Below, one piece after another: positions 19,091 to 29,615 of a stretch of 50,502 nt of DNA. The stretch is from an uncultured bacterium (GTDB lineage Bacteria > Muiribacteriota > UBA6191). The notes under the pieces are model-generated. The model made no database searches and had not been told where the DNA came from. It saw nothing but the letters and a program-made list of their open reading frames with translations. Numbering within the stretch: position 1 is the first letter of the stretch; every line of letters starts with the position of its first letter. The stretch covers positions 20,794-71,295 of the forward strand of contig CAZIKF010000024.1 of NCBI GenBank assembly GCA_964539825.1. Direction: 5' to 3'. The translations under genes were made by a program, and so were the position numbers.

Positions 19091-19298
19091 CATGGCAGAA
19101 TATTTATTCGCATCATTATTCTGGGGGACAATTGGATTTGGGATCTTTCTTTATGGAAAGAAGATCCAGGCTCTTATTCCCATGCTCGGGGGGGTTGCTA
19201 TGATCGGGGTGTCGTATTTTACGGGGCCTTTGGTGATGTCCCTGGTCTCAATTCTCATCATCGGAGCCATATTTCAGCTAAAGAAAATGGGGTACTAA
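19091..19298 (+). CDS. Small 2-TM membrane protein (68 aa)
   Basis: MAEYLFASLFWGTIGFGIFLYGKK...GPLVMSLVSILIIGAIFQLKKMGY. Gly-rich helices resembling TMEM14/YqaE-type small membrane proteins. Placed convergent to TypA. Confidence 0.35.
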
Positions 19299-19311
19299 GA
19301 TAGGTCCTATT

Positions 19312-21177
19312 TCAGAGTTTCTCGGGCCGTCCTGTTTTTCCTCTCTTCTTCCGCTCCTCTGCATTGAGAATCGTCTTTCGGATACGAAAAGCTTTTGGGG
19401 TGACCTCCAGAATTTCATCTTCGGCCAGGAATTCGAGAGCATCTTCCATAGATAGAATTCGCGGGGGGGCAAGTTGAGCATTCTTATCTGTACCTGCCGC
19501 GCGAACATTGGAATGTTTCTTACCCTTGACCGGGTTTACAGCCAGATCGCCGCTTCGAGAGTTTTCTCCGATAACCATTCCCTCATATACGCTGTCTCCT
19601 GGAACTGCAAAAAGAATTCCTCGATTCTGGATTGAGTCCAGAGAATACGCTGCACAGGAGCCAGCCAGCATACTCACGAGGGCTCCGTTCTCACGAACTC
19701 TCGGGTTAGTCTTAGTTTCAAAATAGTCCTCAAATAAGGTACTGAGGGTAATTTCACCCCGGCACAATGTGAGTAACTTTGATCGCATCCCTATCATAGA
19801 TCTGGCAGGGCATGAGAATTCAAGAAAACAGCTCGTATTGCGGGTATTCATCCCCCGTAGCTGTCCCCCGACCTGCAGCAGTGTGTCAATAACCTTGCTG
19901 GAATACTCGTCATTGACTTCAACAAAGGTATGTAAAAAGGGCTCGTGCTCCCGTCCATCAATGATCTTTATGAGCACCTTTGGACGGCTTACACCTAACT
20001 CGTATCCTTCCCTCCTCATTTTTTCAATCAGGATTGAAAGGTGCAACAGTCCTCGACCTGCTACACTGAATCGATCAGGGCTAGCGGTACTTTCAATACG
20101 AAGAGAGACATTCCCTTCTAATTCCTTTTGCAGTCTTTCGCCTAGCTTCGAGGAAGTCACATAAGTACCTTCCTGCCCGGCGAAGGGTGAGTCGTTCACC
20201 AAAAAATCCATGGATAATGTGGGTTCATCAATCGGAACAGGATCAAGGCATTTGGGAGGGTCACACAGGGTAAGAGTTTGCCCTATCTGTACGTGGGCGA
20301 TTCCAGTAACAGCCACAAGTTCGCCGGAAGGGGCTGACTCTATAGGGACACGATCTAATCCCTGGTAACAAAAAAGTCCCTTAATGACCTGCTGTGTCCT
20401 CTCAGAACTTCCCTGGTCCAGGACCCAAACCTTGTCCCCTTTAGAAACCTTTCCGAGGTGAACTCGGCCAATTCCGATTCGTCCCATAAATCCATCCACT
20501 TCGGTAGCGGTGATTCGGATAGCCCCTGGCCTATCAAAGATGAGTTCCGGGGGATCCAGATTTTTCAGGATAAACTCAAAGAGTAAATCCATGCCTTCAT
20601 TCTCGCTATCTGGTTCCCTCTGAACAATTCCATCTCTACCCGAAGCGTAAATGATGGGGAAATCTAGAAAACTCTCTGGTGCGTCCAAATCTATAAACAA
20701 GTCAAGAATCTCACTTTGGACTTCAAGTGCACGATGATAAGGCCGGTCAATCTTATTTATGACTACCAGGGGCTTTAGCTTCTGATCCATGGCCTTTTTC
20801 AAAACAAACCTGGTTTGCGGCATCGGACCTTCTGAGGCGTCTACCAAAAGCAAAACCCCATCAGCCAGGCAGAGAACTCTTTCAACTTCACCACCAAAAT
20901 CAGCGTGCCCCGGTGTATCTATCAAGTTGACTTTATTCCCCTGGTAGTCTAGCGATACATGTTTTGAGGTGATCGTAATTCCTCTTTCACGTTCAAGATC
21001 ACCTGAATCCATGAATCGTTCTGAGAGTCTGTCCGGGGAAATGGTATTACAGTGGTGTAGAAGCCGATCTACGAGAGTTGTTTTCCCATGGTCTACATGA
21101 GCAACGATAGCCAGGTTACGAATGGATTGAATAGACACGATTCTCTCTCTAATTGATTGTGTAAATGATGTTCCCAA
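19312..21177 (-). CDS. typA: Translational GTPase TypA/BipA
   Basis: [23 protein letters not shown]1 motif, DTPGHADF G2/G3 motif, NKIDR G4 motif. 621 aa with the TypA-specific C-terminal domain. Confidence 0.95.
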   Translation of the reverse strand: MGTSFTQSIRERIVSIQSIRNLAIVAHVDHGKTTLVDRLLHHCNTISPDRLSERFMDSGDLERERGITITSKHVSLDYQGNKVNLIDTPGHADFGGEVERVLCLADGVLLLVDASEGPMPQTRFVLKKAMDQKLKPLVVINKIDRPYHRALEVQSEILDLFIDLDAPESFLDFPIIYASGRDGIVQREPDSENEGMDLLFEFILKNLDPPELIFDRPGAIRITATEVDGFMGRIGIGRVHLGKVSKGDKVWVLDQGSSERTQQVIKGLFCYQGLDRVPIESAPSGELVAVTGIAHVQIGQTLTLCDPPKCLDPVPIDEPTLSMDFLVNDSPFAGQEGTYVTSSKLGERLQKELEGNVSLRIESTASPDRFSVAGRGLLHLSILIEKMRREGYELGVSRPKVLIKIIDGREHEPFLHTFVEVNDEYSSKVIDTLLQVGGQLRGMNTRNTSCFLEFSCPARSMIGMRSKLLTLCRGEITLSTLFEDYFETKTNPRVRENGALVSMLAGSCAAYSLDSIQNRGILFAVPGDSVYEGMVIGENSRSGDLAVNPVKGKKHSNVRAAGTDKNAQLAPPRILSMEDALEFLAEDEILEVTPKAFRIRKTILNAEERKKRGKTGRPEKL

Positions 21178-21320
21178 AGAAATGAAGCCGCCGTTTATAC
21201 CGAAAACGGGTGACTTTGTCTACTTTCATGACCTGGAATGAAAATAAAAATGAAGTCTTTTGTGGTCTGTCGCAATTTTTTGTCTTTTCGCCTCTGACTA
21301 TCGATTATGTAGATAGGAGC

Positions 21321-21968
21321 TCAGGTTTGGGGGATGCAAATTGTCGATTCAACGAGGAACTCCTCTGAAATCTTGAATATTGCTCCCTTAATACTGGAAC
21401 AGTCTTCATTTGGCCTGGCCTCCTTGAAAAGGGGAGAAAAAAGTTCGTTGCGATAAATCTCATGATCCTTCTCATTTTCCCATATGCTTAGTACCAGTGC
21501 GAGTTCATCTCCGAGGTACCCAAACCAGCCGTCTAGGAAGCCTGAAGCAGAACTCATCCCCGGAACCCAAATAGACTTTTGGACATGGTCAAAGTGCTCT
21601 CTTCTCTGGGCTGCAAGGTTGCACATTGCCATGCGCACCACATTTCCTGAGTGTAGCTTCAAGGAAGAGTTTGCATTTCTTGGATTGAATTGGAATCCAG
21701 GTTCAAACAACAGAGTCTTGAGATGACTGTATGTATGTGCCTGTTTGCTTCCCTCAAAGATGCGATCATGCTCAACATTCATGAAACGCTCATAGCTACT
21801 TGAATCTTTCCAGATTCCAATAATATAAGCATCTTCTTGATTCTCAACTGAGAAGCCGCCGAATTGACCGAGAAAACCATTGCAGCCTTGGAGAGACTTC
21901 CATTTTGCCTGAGCCTTCGCGAAAGAAATTGGATCTTGAGTAATACAATGAATCCATTTAATCAGCAT
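21321..21968 (-). CDS. Hypothetical protein built from two similar ~95-aa halves (ABM/Dabb-like fold guessed)
   Basis: Segments '...IWKDSSSYERFMNVEHDRIF' and '...IWENEKDHEIYRNELFSPLF' recur in the N- and C-terminal halves, which looks like an internal duplication. Confidence 0.45.
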   Translation of the reverse strand: MLIKWIHCITQDPISFAKAQAKWKSLQGCNGFLGQFGGFSVENQEDAYIIGIWKDSSSYERFMNVEHDRIFEGSKQAHTYSHLKTLLFEPGFQFNPRNANSSLKLHSGNVVRMAMCNLAAQRREHFDHVQKSIWVPGMSSASGFLDGWFGYLGDELALVLSIWENEKDHEIYRNELFSPLFKEARPNEDCSSIKGAIFKISEEFLVESTICIPQT

Positions 21969-22086
21969 AATCCCCCATGTTCTTCAGTAGAATTCACGCA
22001 TCGTTAAGATAGTGTTTGTCAGTGACGCGCTTAGTTCGCCTGCCTGCTAGCATCCTATTCATAACTCACCATGCGATTCTGAGATC

Positions 22087-22506
22087 TCAGGTCTTGGTTG
22101 CCTCCTTCGCGGGTAGATTTTCTAAAACAGATGCATTCCAGGTGTCTCCAACCCAGACCGCTGCGATCCTACAATTTTTAAATCGCTTGGTAAGAAATCT
22201 CACTGCTGCTTGGAGCTGGGCTTTTTGGTCACCCTCTTCTCGAGGGTTGCCCGCGCAATTGTGATGGGCCGCTACGGCAATGGCACGAGATCCATGACAT
22301 TCAAGACTAATTCGGATACTTGCTAAGGTAGCCTCGGTCTGTGCCGACTGGGTTTCTTCAGATAGGAATTTGACGATTCCCGCCTCAGTGATCGTGTCCA
22401 CGTAATGGACCTGAAATAGGTTGCGTACTACTTCATTGACAGACATCTGTACGCGGCCATCCATACAATTGAGTACTGTAGCAAATTCATTTTTTTGACT
22501 ATTCAT
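22087..22506 (-). CDS. Small beta-carbonic-anhydrase-like protein
   Basis: CMDGR (CxDxR) and HHNCAG (HxxC) zinc-ligand motifs in the correct order and spacing. At 139 aa it is shorter than typical beta-CAs. Confidence 0.45.
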   Translation of the reverse strand: MNSQKNEFATVLNCMDGRVQMSVNEVVRNLFQVHYVDTITEAGIVKFLSEETQSAQTEATLASIRISLECHGSRAIAVAAHHNCAGNPREEGDQKAQLQAAVRFLTKRFKNCRIAAVWVGDTWNASVLENLPAKEATKT

Positions 22507-22521
22507 TGATAGTATTCCTCC

Positions 22522-23091
22522 CTAAAGCCCTTCATGTAAGTGATTTGTTTTATTCCACATGGCTTTGGTTATCTTATAGAGAACGTGTTCACATAGCGGA
22601 TGGTTGTCTGGCAGGCTCGGATGCTTGAAATTCTCCTGGGTATTGATCATATCGAGCCTCTCCATCACAGATTGAGATCTCTTATTTTGCAGTGATGTGA
22701 ACGAAACAACTTCATATAACTCCAGGGATTCAAACGCGAATTTTAATGCCTCTCTGGCAGCCTCTGTAGCGTATCCATAACCCCAGAATTCTTTTGATAG
22801 GCGCCACCCTATTTCCACAAATGGAGAAAATGGGTATTTAAGGTGCGGTCTATGGAGCCCCACATATCCAATAAAGCTTCCCCGGGTCTTGATCTCCACA
22901 GCCCAGAGTCCCCAGCCATTCTTTGAGATGAGCGTCTTTGACTTTTCAGCGAAGGCATTACTTTCTGACTGAGAAAGAGTCTTTGGAAAAAACTCCATGA
23001 CCGTGGGATCGGAATTGAGCTCGGCAAATTGGTGATAATCCGTGGGCAGCCAATTTCGCAAAATCAATCGTTTTGTTTCCAATTTAGGCAC
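22522..23091 (-). CDS. GNAT family N-acetyltransferase (RimJ/RimL-like)
   Basis: LILRNW...D...F, GYVGL, EIGWRL...GYGYATEA motifs characteristic of RimJ-type GNATs. Confidence 0.8.
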   Translation of the reverse strand: MPKLETKRLILRNWLPTDYHQFAELNSDPTVMEFFPKTLSQSESNAFAEKSKTLISKNGWGLWAVEIKTRGSFIGYVGLHRPHLKYPFSPFVEIGWRLSKEFWGYGYATEAAREALKFAFESLELYEVVSFTSLQNKRSQSVMERLDMINTQENFKHPSLPDNHPLCEHVLYKITKAMWNKTNHLHEGL

Positions 23092-23195
23092 CCTTTGGAA
23101 AATTGGTCCGTCCCCTTTTGCTCCCTGGAGAACTTTTGATGGCTTTTTCCTTGGAATAGTATATCTTCCTTTGGCTCAGTCGAGTAGGTGTTTTT

Positions 23196-24812
23196 ATGAC
23201 GGGAAAAGAGATAACTATGGAAAGCAAAGGGGCGTTTAGCGAGCTTGGTCTTTCAAAAAATATTCTGGATGCCATTGATAAGAAGGGATTTGAAGAGCCA
23301 ACCAAAATTCAAGCCATGACAATCCCCGTGATGCTCAGAGATGATACGAATATCATTGCCCAGGCCCAGACGGGTACGGGTAAAACTGCTGCCTTTGGCC
23401 TGCCGTTGATTGAAATGATTGACCCTGGTGCTGGATCAGTGCAGGCATTGATATTGGTACCTACCCGTGAGCTAGCTATCCAGGTATCGGAAGAAATCAA
23501 TTCTCTCAAGGGAAACAAGGATATTAGAACAGTGCCTATCTATGGGGGTCAATCCATTGACCAGCAGTTGCGCAGGCTTAGTAAAGGGGTGCACATTGTG
23601 GTGGGCTCTCCCGGCAGGATCATCGATCATATAAATCGAAAGACATTGAAGCTGGGCAAGATTCAGCACCTGATTCTGGATGAAGCGGATGAAATGCTAA
23701 ATATGGGCTTCATTGAAGATATGGAAGAAATCTTTAAGCACACAAATCCTGATAAGAGAACCTTATTATTCTCTGCCACTATGCCCAATAAGATTAAGGA
23801 ACTCGCTCGTGGCTATATGGATGGATATGAACTTCTTACCGCTAAGAAGGAGCAGCTTACAACTAACCTGACGGAGCAGATCTACTTCGAGGTAAAGGGT
23901 TCTGACAAGTTTGAAGCTCTTTGCAGGATCATCGATATTGAGCATCCCTTTTATGGTTTGATTTTCTGTAGGACAAAGCGCGATGTAGGGGAGCTTGTAG
24001 ACCGCCTGGCAGATAGAGGATACGATGCAGAACCTATTCATGGAGAGATCTCACAGGCTCAAAGAGAACGGACTCTAGATAATTTCAAAAAGCAAAGAAT
24101 CGAAATTCTGGTGGCTACAGACGTAGCCGCTCGCGGAATTGATGTCATCAATCTCACCCACGTCATTAACTATTCTTTACCGCAGGAGCCGGAGGCCTAT
24201 GTTCATCGAGTCGGTCGTACCGGAAGAGCAGGGAATGAGGGAACAGCAATTACATTTATCACACCCAGTGAGTACAAGAGACTGATGTTCATTCAAAGGA
24301 TTTCCGGGGCCGATATTAAGAAATCTGTCGTACCCAAAGTAAAGGATATTATCAAGGCCAAAAGGACGAAGATTTATCAGGACCTGAAAGCGATTCTGGA
24401 AGATGAAATTGAACCTAAATACTACAATTGGGCAAAAAAGCTGCTCGATGAAAATGATCCTACTCAAATGTTAGCGGCTTTGCTGAACTATAGCTTTGAG
24501 GAGGAACTAAATCCAGATACTTATGGTGAAATAAAAGAGGTTGGGGCTAAGCCTAAGCAGCTTGATCAGCAAGGTAAAGCTCGGCTCTTTGTTGCCCTTG
24601 GCAAAGAAGACAAGATGAATCCCCGAAAGCTTGTAAAGCTTATTTTAGACAGAGTCTCGGTGAAGCCCAGGCTCATCAGTGACGTTCAGGTAATGGACAA
24701 ATTCTCCTTTGTAACTGTTCCTTTCGAAAAAGCAGAAAAGATTGTTTTAAGTTTCAAGGAAAAGGGCTGCAAGCCATTGGTCAGTCTTGCCAAGAACACC
24801 AGGCAAAAATAG
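23196..24812 (+). CDS. DEAD-box ATP-dependent RNA helicase (DeaD/CsdA-like, with DbpA-type C-terminal RNA-binding domain)
   Basis: Q-motif (F..LGL...PT.IQ), AQTGTGKT, PTRELA, DEAD (ILDEADEM), SAT, HRVGRTGRAG. A C-terminal ~80 aa DbpA-like domain is present. The true start may be the Met 7 codons in, at 23217. Confidence 0.9.
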   Translation: MTGKEITMESKGAFSELGLSKNILDAIDKKGFEEPTKIQAMTIPVMLRDDTNIIAQAQTGTGKTAAFGLPLIEMIDPGAGSVQALILVPTRELAIQVSEEINSLKGNKDIRTVPIYGGQSIDQQLRRLSKGVHIVVGSPGRIIDHINRKTLKLGKIQHLILDEADEMLNMGFIEDMEEIFKHTNPDKRTLLFSATMPNKIKELARGYMDGYELLTAKKEQLTTNLTEQIYFEVKGSDKFEALCRIIDIEHPFYGLIFCRTKRDVGELVDRLADRGYDAEPIHGEISQAQRERTLDNFKKQRIEILVATDVAARGIDVINLTHVINYSLPQEPEAYVHRVGRTGRAGNEGTAITFITPSEYKRLMFIQRISGADIKKSVVPKVKDIIKAKRTKIYQDLKAILEDEIEPKYYNWAKKLLDENDPTQMLAALLNYSFEEELNPDTYGEIKEVGAKPKQLDQQGKARLFVALGKEDKMNPRKLVKLILDRVSVKPRLISDVQVMDKFSFVTVPFEKAEKIVLSFKEKGCKPLVSLAKNTRQK

Positions 24813-24936
24813 CTTTGAGAAACTGAAACTTCATAGGGATTACTGAGTATGACTCTACCCGCCCCACTTATCTATTTCGAATGGCCTAGAATTTCGGTGT
24901 AGTATATTGTTTCAGGTCTGGTTGTTGTCTCTTTGA

Positions 24937-25596
24937 ATGGCTCATACGAGGAGTAATATGCGTTCAGGTCCGATCAAACTTAGCTTAGTTCTGAGGCGCG
25001 ATAGGTTCTTTGGCGCTCTTTGTTGGATATGTGTATCGATCTATCTACTCTACTCAACAAATCTCATGAACTTCAAGCCTGCAACCTCAATCCAATGGGC
25101 AGCCATTTACCTGGGATCAATCTCTCTTTTTAGTTACTGGTTCTTTCTGGGATACTACCTCATCGATCCCGTATCCTTGAAGATTTGGAAATGCACGGGC
25201 AACCGTTTGTTTGTGGACAGGTACCTCTTAGCTCAAGCAGATGCGATTAACTCCTTTGCGGTCGACTTCTGGCCAGAGAAATCCCTTGGATTCTGCCTCA
25301 TAGCCATTACCGATGAAGGTGAAAAAGTACGAATCAGTGATTTTCGACAAGTTCCAATTGAAAGTAAGTCAACGGGAGAGACTATATCAAAGCACTTCAG
25401 TAGACCATTTCATTACCAGGACAATACAGGTGGTGTCATAGTCACCCGTGGTACTGGCGGTGAAATTGAGGTAAGTCACAAAGATCCCTTCGATATCATT
25501 AGGGAGGTAAAATGGAATCAAATTCTACTCGTGATGATACCGATCCTGGTCGGCTTTTGTTGGCTAATGTTGTGGGTGAAAAAGGGCCCTGGTTAA
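24937..25596 (+). CDS. Hypothetical membrane protein
   Basis: 219 aa with 3-4 predicted TM helices and no known motif. Confidence 0.45.
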   Translation: MAHTRSNMRSGPIKLSLVLRRDRFFGALCWICVSIYLLYSTNLMNFKPATSIQWAAIYLGSISLFSYWFFLGYYLIDPVSLKIWKCTGNRLFVDRYLLAQADAINSFAVDFWPEKSLGFCLIAITDEGEKVRISDFRQVPIESKSTGETISKHFSRPFHYQDNTGGVIVTRGTGGEIEVSHKDPFDIIREVKWNQILLVMIPILVGFCWLMLWVKKGPG

Positions 25597-25633
25597 GGGG
25601 ATAAATTCATAAACCTTTAGCAGGGTCTCTTAA

Positions 25634-26746
25634 CTAGCGGGATCCAGAGTTTGGTCCTAAACCAACTAGTTTTTGGTACATTTTATAAGTGTCATCAAGT
25701 TTAACCAGCAATTTTTCATGATTTGGCAGTGCCATAATCATCATAGTCAGGGCAATACCTCGAGCAACCGCGTCTGCTAGAGCAGGTGGATAAAGGGTTA
25801 CTCCAAGTAGATAGAGGGGATAGATCTTCAGACTCTCTAAATTGAAACCAATAGGAGAGTGGGCTGATAACCAATCATTGGTGGCCCCAATTGTCGTCAA
25901 ACCTTTGGTATTTACGGCTTCACGATAATCGTTAAGGTATTGGGTTTTATATTCAAGACTCAGGATGGTGTACTGAAGGATCAGCTTCTGTTTGGTTCCC
26001 TCTTTGTGTCGAGTAATTGCTTCATCATAGGCATTTACCATAGCCATGCCAGCAGAGAAATCGGCATATTTCATGCCTCGTTGAAAAACTTCTTGCTTGC
26101 TAAGGTCAAGCTCTAACAACGGAGCCATTTCATGGAGCAGCGTCTTTATACTCTCACTGTAAAGATGCTGAGATTCATATTCCTCGAGTAAGGATTTAAG
26201 AATCAGCCGCTTTATGCCAAGAGCAACAGCGTAATTGATGAGATCCCAATTCCTTCCCTCCTGGTCAGCGGCATTCCCCAGGTACTGAGAAAACTTGTAG
26301 AGAGTCTTGATCCTTTGATTTGCCTCTTTCAACTTCCCGCTCTGGGAGAGTTTTAGCGCGTCTGCCATAAACTGGTTTGAAAATGAGCGGATAGATTTCA
26401 AATTTATAGTACTGATGATTGAGTTAATCTGAATTTCAGCCCGGCGATAGTCTGTTTTTAGCTTTCCTGTGAAATACTTCACCATCTCTTTTTGTGCCCC
26501 CAAATAAGACTGCCGGTTGAATTTCTGGGTACCCTTTTTCTCATCTGGATATGCCGCGGTGATCAACTTGAGAAAAACAGGTTGGTCGATGATCCTTTTT
26601 CCAGGTCTGTAGGCCTCAAACAACTTTTCAATTTCAAGAGTTGGTTTTGTAGGCAAACCCACATAGAAAAATGTTTGAATTACCAACACTAGAATCGCTG
26701 AGCAAATCCAAAAAATAAATCCTCTTCTGAAAAAATTAAAGATCAT
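25634..26746 (-). CDS. Hypothetical protein with N-terminal membrane anchor (start moved from 26908 to the internal Met at 26746)
   Basis: The long ORF's first 54 codons overlap the RidA gene. The internal MIFNFFRRGFIFWICSAILVLVIQ is a plausible signal-anchor start. Confidence 0.45.
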   Translation of the reverse strand: MIFNFFRRGFIFWICSAILVLVIQTFFYVGLPTKPTLEIEKLFEAYRPGKRIIDQPVFLKLITAAYPDEKKGTQKFNRQSYLGAQKEMVKYFTGKLKTDYRRAEIQINSIISTINLKSIRSFSNQFMADALKLSQSGKLKEANQRIKTLYKFSQYLGNAADQEGRNWDLINYAVALGIKRLILKSLLEEYESQHLYSESIKTLLHEMAPLLELDLSKQEVFQRGMKYADFSAGMAMVNAYDEAITRHKEGTKQKLILQYTILSLEYKTQYLNDYREAVNTKGLTTIGATNDWLSAHSPIGFNLESLKIYPLYLLGVTLYPPALADAVARGIALTMMIMALPNHEKLLVKLDDTYKMYQKLVGLGPNSGSR

Positions 26747-26769
26747 TTCTTCTCTGGTACTGTGGCAGC

Positions 26770-27162
26770 TTATGACCGATTCACCAGGCAATCCGCTTCT
26801 ATCTCCACCAACCAGTCCTTTTGCAACAAGGAGGAGACTGCAGCAAATGTGCTTGCGGGTCTGATTCGAGAAAATACTGCTCCATGAGCTCTGGCGGCTT
26901 CTTCCCACCTGGAGGCATCGGTGAGCAGGACGCGAGTACGAATCACATCTTTCATTTGACCCCCTGCTTCCTCAATGGACTGCTGAATAATTTCAAGGCA
27001 GCGTAGCGTTTGCAAGTAAAGATCGCCGGGAGACTCGGTCTCTCCATTTTCAGTGAGAGGTGCGGTGCCAGAAACACAGATCCAATCGCCCACACGAACC
27101 GCCCTGGAAAAACCTATGCGCTCTTCAAAAGGAGAACCCGAACTCACAAGAACACGCGTCAT
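26770..27162 (-). CDS. ridA: RidA/YjgF/L-PSP family reactive-intermediate deaminase
   Basis: MTRVLVSS...VRVGDWICVSGT...RTRVLLTD...AAVSSL...VEIEA is the YjgF-fold signature. ~130 aa from the internal Met. Confidence 0.75.
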   Translation of the reverse strand: MTRVLVSSGSPFEERIGFSRAVRVGDWICVSGTAPLTENGETESPGDLYLQTLRCLEIIQQSIEEAGGQMKDVIRTRVLLTDASRWEEAARAHGAVFSRIRPASTFAAVSSLLQKDWLVEIEADCLVNRS

Positions 27163-27287
27163 AACTGGCAAAGTATAGCAAACAAACCTTGGGATTGAAC
27201 CAGGATTTGAGGGACTAATCAAGAAGTTTTTGTTGGACAAGCTATATTCATCAATCCAACTCTAAAGGGCAAATGCTTTATGGTGAA

Positions 27288-28310
27288 CTAGACGTGTTGA
27301 ATTGGTTCTTCATGTGTCGGTGAGGCTATTTGGGAGGTGCGGTGTATTTCATGGAACAGAAAAAAGCCGATGGCCAAAGTCATTACCTCAAATAGATAGA
27401 GATTTAAGTCATGGGGAACGATAAGTAAGGCAGCTACGAACTGGGCTATAATGGAAGCTATAAGCAGTTTTACAATAAATCCTCGGTTTCTTCTGCTGAT
27501 AAAAAATGCACCCAGGGGAGCGCCGATAATTACAATGGGTACGGAAGTTGACCAGAGCTCGATGGCTTGTGGTTGAAGCGGAGATATTGCTCCAATATCA
27601 ACATAGCCAAAAAAGTAGATCAGTGAGGTTCCCAAAACTGTATTAATAGACATAAGGATCACACTTGTGGGAGTTGCTACCTTTTCGCAGATCCCAAAAT
27701 AAAGGGTTAGAGCGCTAAAAAGAAATATGTCCAGTCCGCTCCCCGTAAGAGAGGAGACGATTCCTCCAAGAATCCCAAAACCTATGAGTACTGCCTTTTC
27801 CCGGCTCTTGAGGATCTTAGGCAGGCTGACAATCCCTGTATCCTTCTTGAAAATAACTAGAACACATCCAAAGGTGAATAAAATACATACAAAAAACATC
27901 TTGATATAGGCAGGAGAGAACAGTCCATGTATCCACCATAGCCCCATTACCATGCCCAGGGATCCCCCGATAGTTCCATAGATAATCGCTCGTGTCTCTA
28001 TAGGGACCTTTAGTTTGAGGATCCAAAGGCTCGCTGCGGTCATCCCGACACTTTGTATCATGAGCGAAAAATCTCGGGCAATCAGCGGGGAGATGGAAAG
28101 AACAAGAGTTAGAACAGGGAAAGCGATTGCTCCTCCACCTATGCTGGTGGAACCAGCAATGAAGGATGCGAATATCATGGTGAGAGGCATAAACCATAGG
28201 CGTGCCATGGTCTCGGTCCCTCCATGAGCCCCAAATACCTGGTACCAGAATCCAAGTAACAGAATATAAAAGAGACCCAGAAAAACGTTATAGATTCTTG
28301 AACTCTTCAT
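27288..28310 (-). CDS. TauE/SafE (DUF81) family sulfite/anion exporter
   Basis: Two internal repeats each with a G(G)GxxxxP-type motif (GGGAIAFPVL and GSGLDIFLFS), 8 TM, 340 aa. Confidence 0.75.
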   Translation of the reverse strand: MKSSRIYNVFLGLFYILLLGFWYQVFGAHGGTETMARLWFMPLTMIFASFIAGSTSIGGGAIAFPVLTLVLSISPLIARDFSLMIQSVGMTAASLWILKLKVPIETRAIIYGTIGGSLGMVMGLWWIHGLFSPAYIKMFFVCILFTFGCVLVIFKKDTGIVSLPKILKSREKAVLIGFGILGGIVSSLTGSGLDIFLFSALTLYFGICEKVATPTSVILMSINTVLGTSLIYFFGYVDIGAISPLQPQAIELWSTSVPIVIIGAPLGAFFISRRNRGFIVKLLIASIIAQFVAALLIVPHDLNLYLFEVMTLAIGFFLFHEIHRTSQIASPTHEEPIQHV

Positions 28311-28484
28311 TTATTTAAAAAAGAGGCAAACCTTGGTAGGGGTAGCTAACCGGGTTAGTAAGCGAATTGGTGAGTATATCAATTATCCTGATTACTACGG
28401 CTAGTTTTTGCCAATGGGCTCAGTTGGGATACTCCCAAGGAGATGCCGCGAAGACGATCGAGCACGGGAGTCAGGTTGAGGTTT

Positions 28485-28979
28485 TCATAGGATCTTTCGC
28501 ATCCAAACTCGTCCTTCATCATCGGGGCCATGCACATCAGGCATCGTAGCTACAGGAACGTAGCCAGCCTTTCCGTAGAATGCTATGACTTCATGACTTT
28601 TTACGTAGGTAGCCATGTACATACAATATACTTTTGCTTCTTTAGAAACATTTTCAGCATGCTTCAATAGCCGGGTACCGAGGCCACTCCCTCTGTACTC
28701 AGGAAAAATCGCGATATCTAAGAGCTCAGAATATTGTCCAATACAAGGAACTCCATCCAACTTCTCCTCTCTTAAAACTCCAACAAAACCCATTGGTCTG
28801 TCATCGTTATCAAAAAAAGCAAAAAATTTAGTACCTATATAGTAATGGTTAGAGATTTTTTTTCTTACATGTTGTTGGTGGCTAGCGAATTGAGGATTGA
28901 AGTGATCTCCCAACTCAACCTCAGCCATCAGATCAAAAAAAGTCTCCACAAATGGCTCTTCAGCAATTTCTCTAATCAT
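28485..28979 (-). CDS. GNAT family N-acetyltransferase
   Basis: IAIFPEYRGSGLGTRLLKHAE (motif A) and C-terminal ...AFYGKAGY. Confidence 0.75.
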   Translation of the reverse strand: MIREIAEEPFVETFFDLMAEVELGDHFNPQFASHQQHVRKKISNHYYIGTKFFAFFDNDDRPMGFVGVLREEKLDGVPCIGQYSELLDIAIFPEYRGSGLGTRLLKHAENVSKEAKVYCMYMATYVKSHEVIAFYGKAGYVPVATMPDVHGPDDEGRVWMRKIL

Positions 28980-29022
28980 GACTTTTCTTTGACTCTAATC
29001 TTGGCCTTCTAGCCCTAGAATT

Positions 29023-29403
29023 TTACTCATTATTCCTTTTGATTTGGGAAAGCTGGATGAAATTTCCATCTGGATCTTCAATGGTGGCAACCAGCGTGGG
29101 CCCAACATCAAAAATAGTCTTGGACTTGTCATTATCTGGGTAAAATCTGACGCCCTTTAGCGCGAGACTCTCTACAGCGGCATGAATATCCTCGACTTGA
29201 AAACTGATCATAATTGACTGCTTTTGCACAGTTGAACTGGGATAGCCAATGAAATCAAGACCAAATCTAGAGCCCTGGTCAAATTCAAAATCCTGCCAGT
29301 GATCGTCTCCGTAGCCTTTCTTGAGTCCGAGAGTCTCGGAGTACCAGTCCGCCAGCTTTTGATTTGGGGAATGAATATAAGCGACGTGTATGCCTTTGAT
29401 CAT
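29023..29403 (-). CDS. VOC/glyoxalase-bleomycin resistance family protein
   Basis: 126 aa. Paired beta-alpha-beta-beta-beta modules with H...E metal-ligand pattern (HVAY...E...FQVEDIH...E) typical of the VOC family. Confidence 0.7.
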   Translation of the reverse strand: MIKGIHVAYIHSPNQKLADWYSETLGLKKGYGDDHWQDFEFDQGSRFGLDFIGYPSSTVQKQSIMISFQVEDIHAAVESLALKGVRFYPDNDKSKTIFDVGPTLVATIEDPDGNFIQLSQIKRNNE

Positions 29404-29615
29404 AAATTTGTGGGTTGATGGTTCATTGAATTAGACTGGATAGAGACCAGCTTAACCAACACCAACCTACCTCCAGCGTAGATCGTATTCGCAAGGAGTG
29501 GGATAGTCAAACTCCTGCAGTGGTCCAAAGGAGAGGAGAAAATCTGTATGGCTTTTAAGAGCTCAGACCTACTACGCCTGGAAGTGCGGGTAAAATTCTG
29601 AAATCGTTAACTAAA

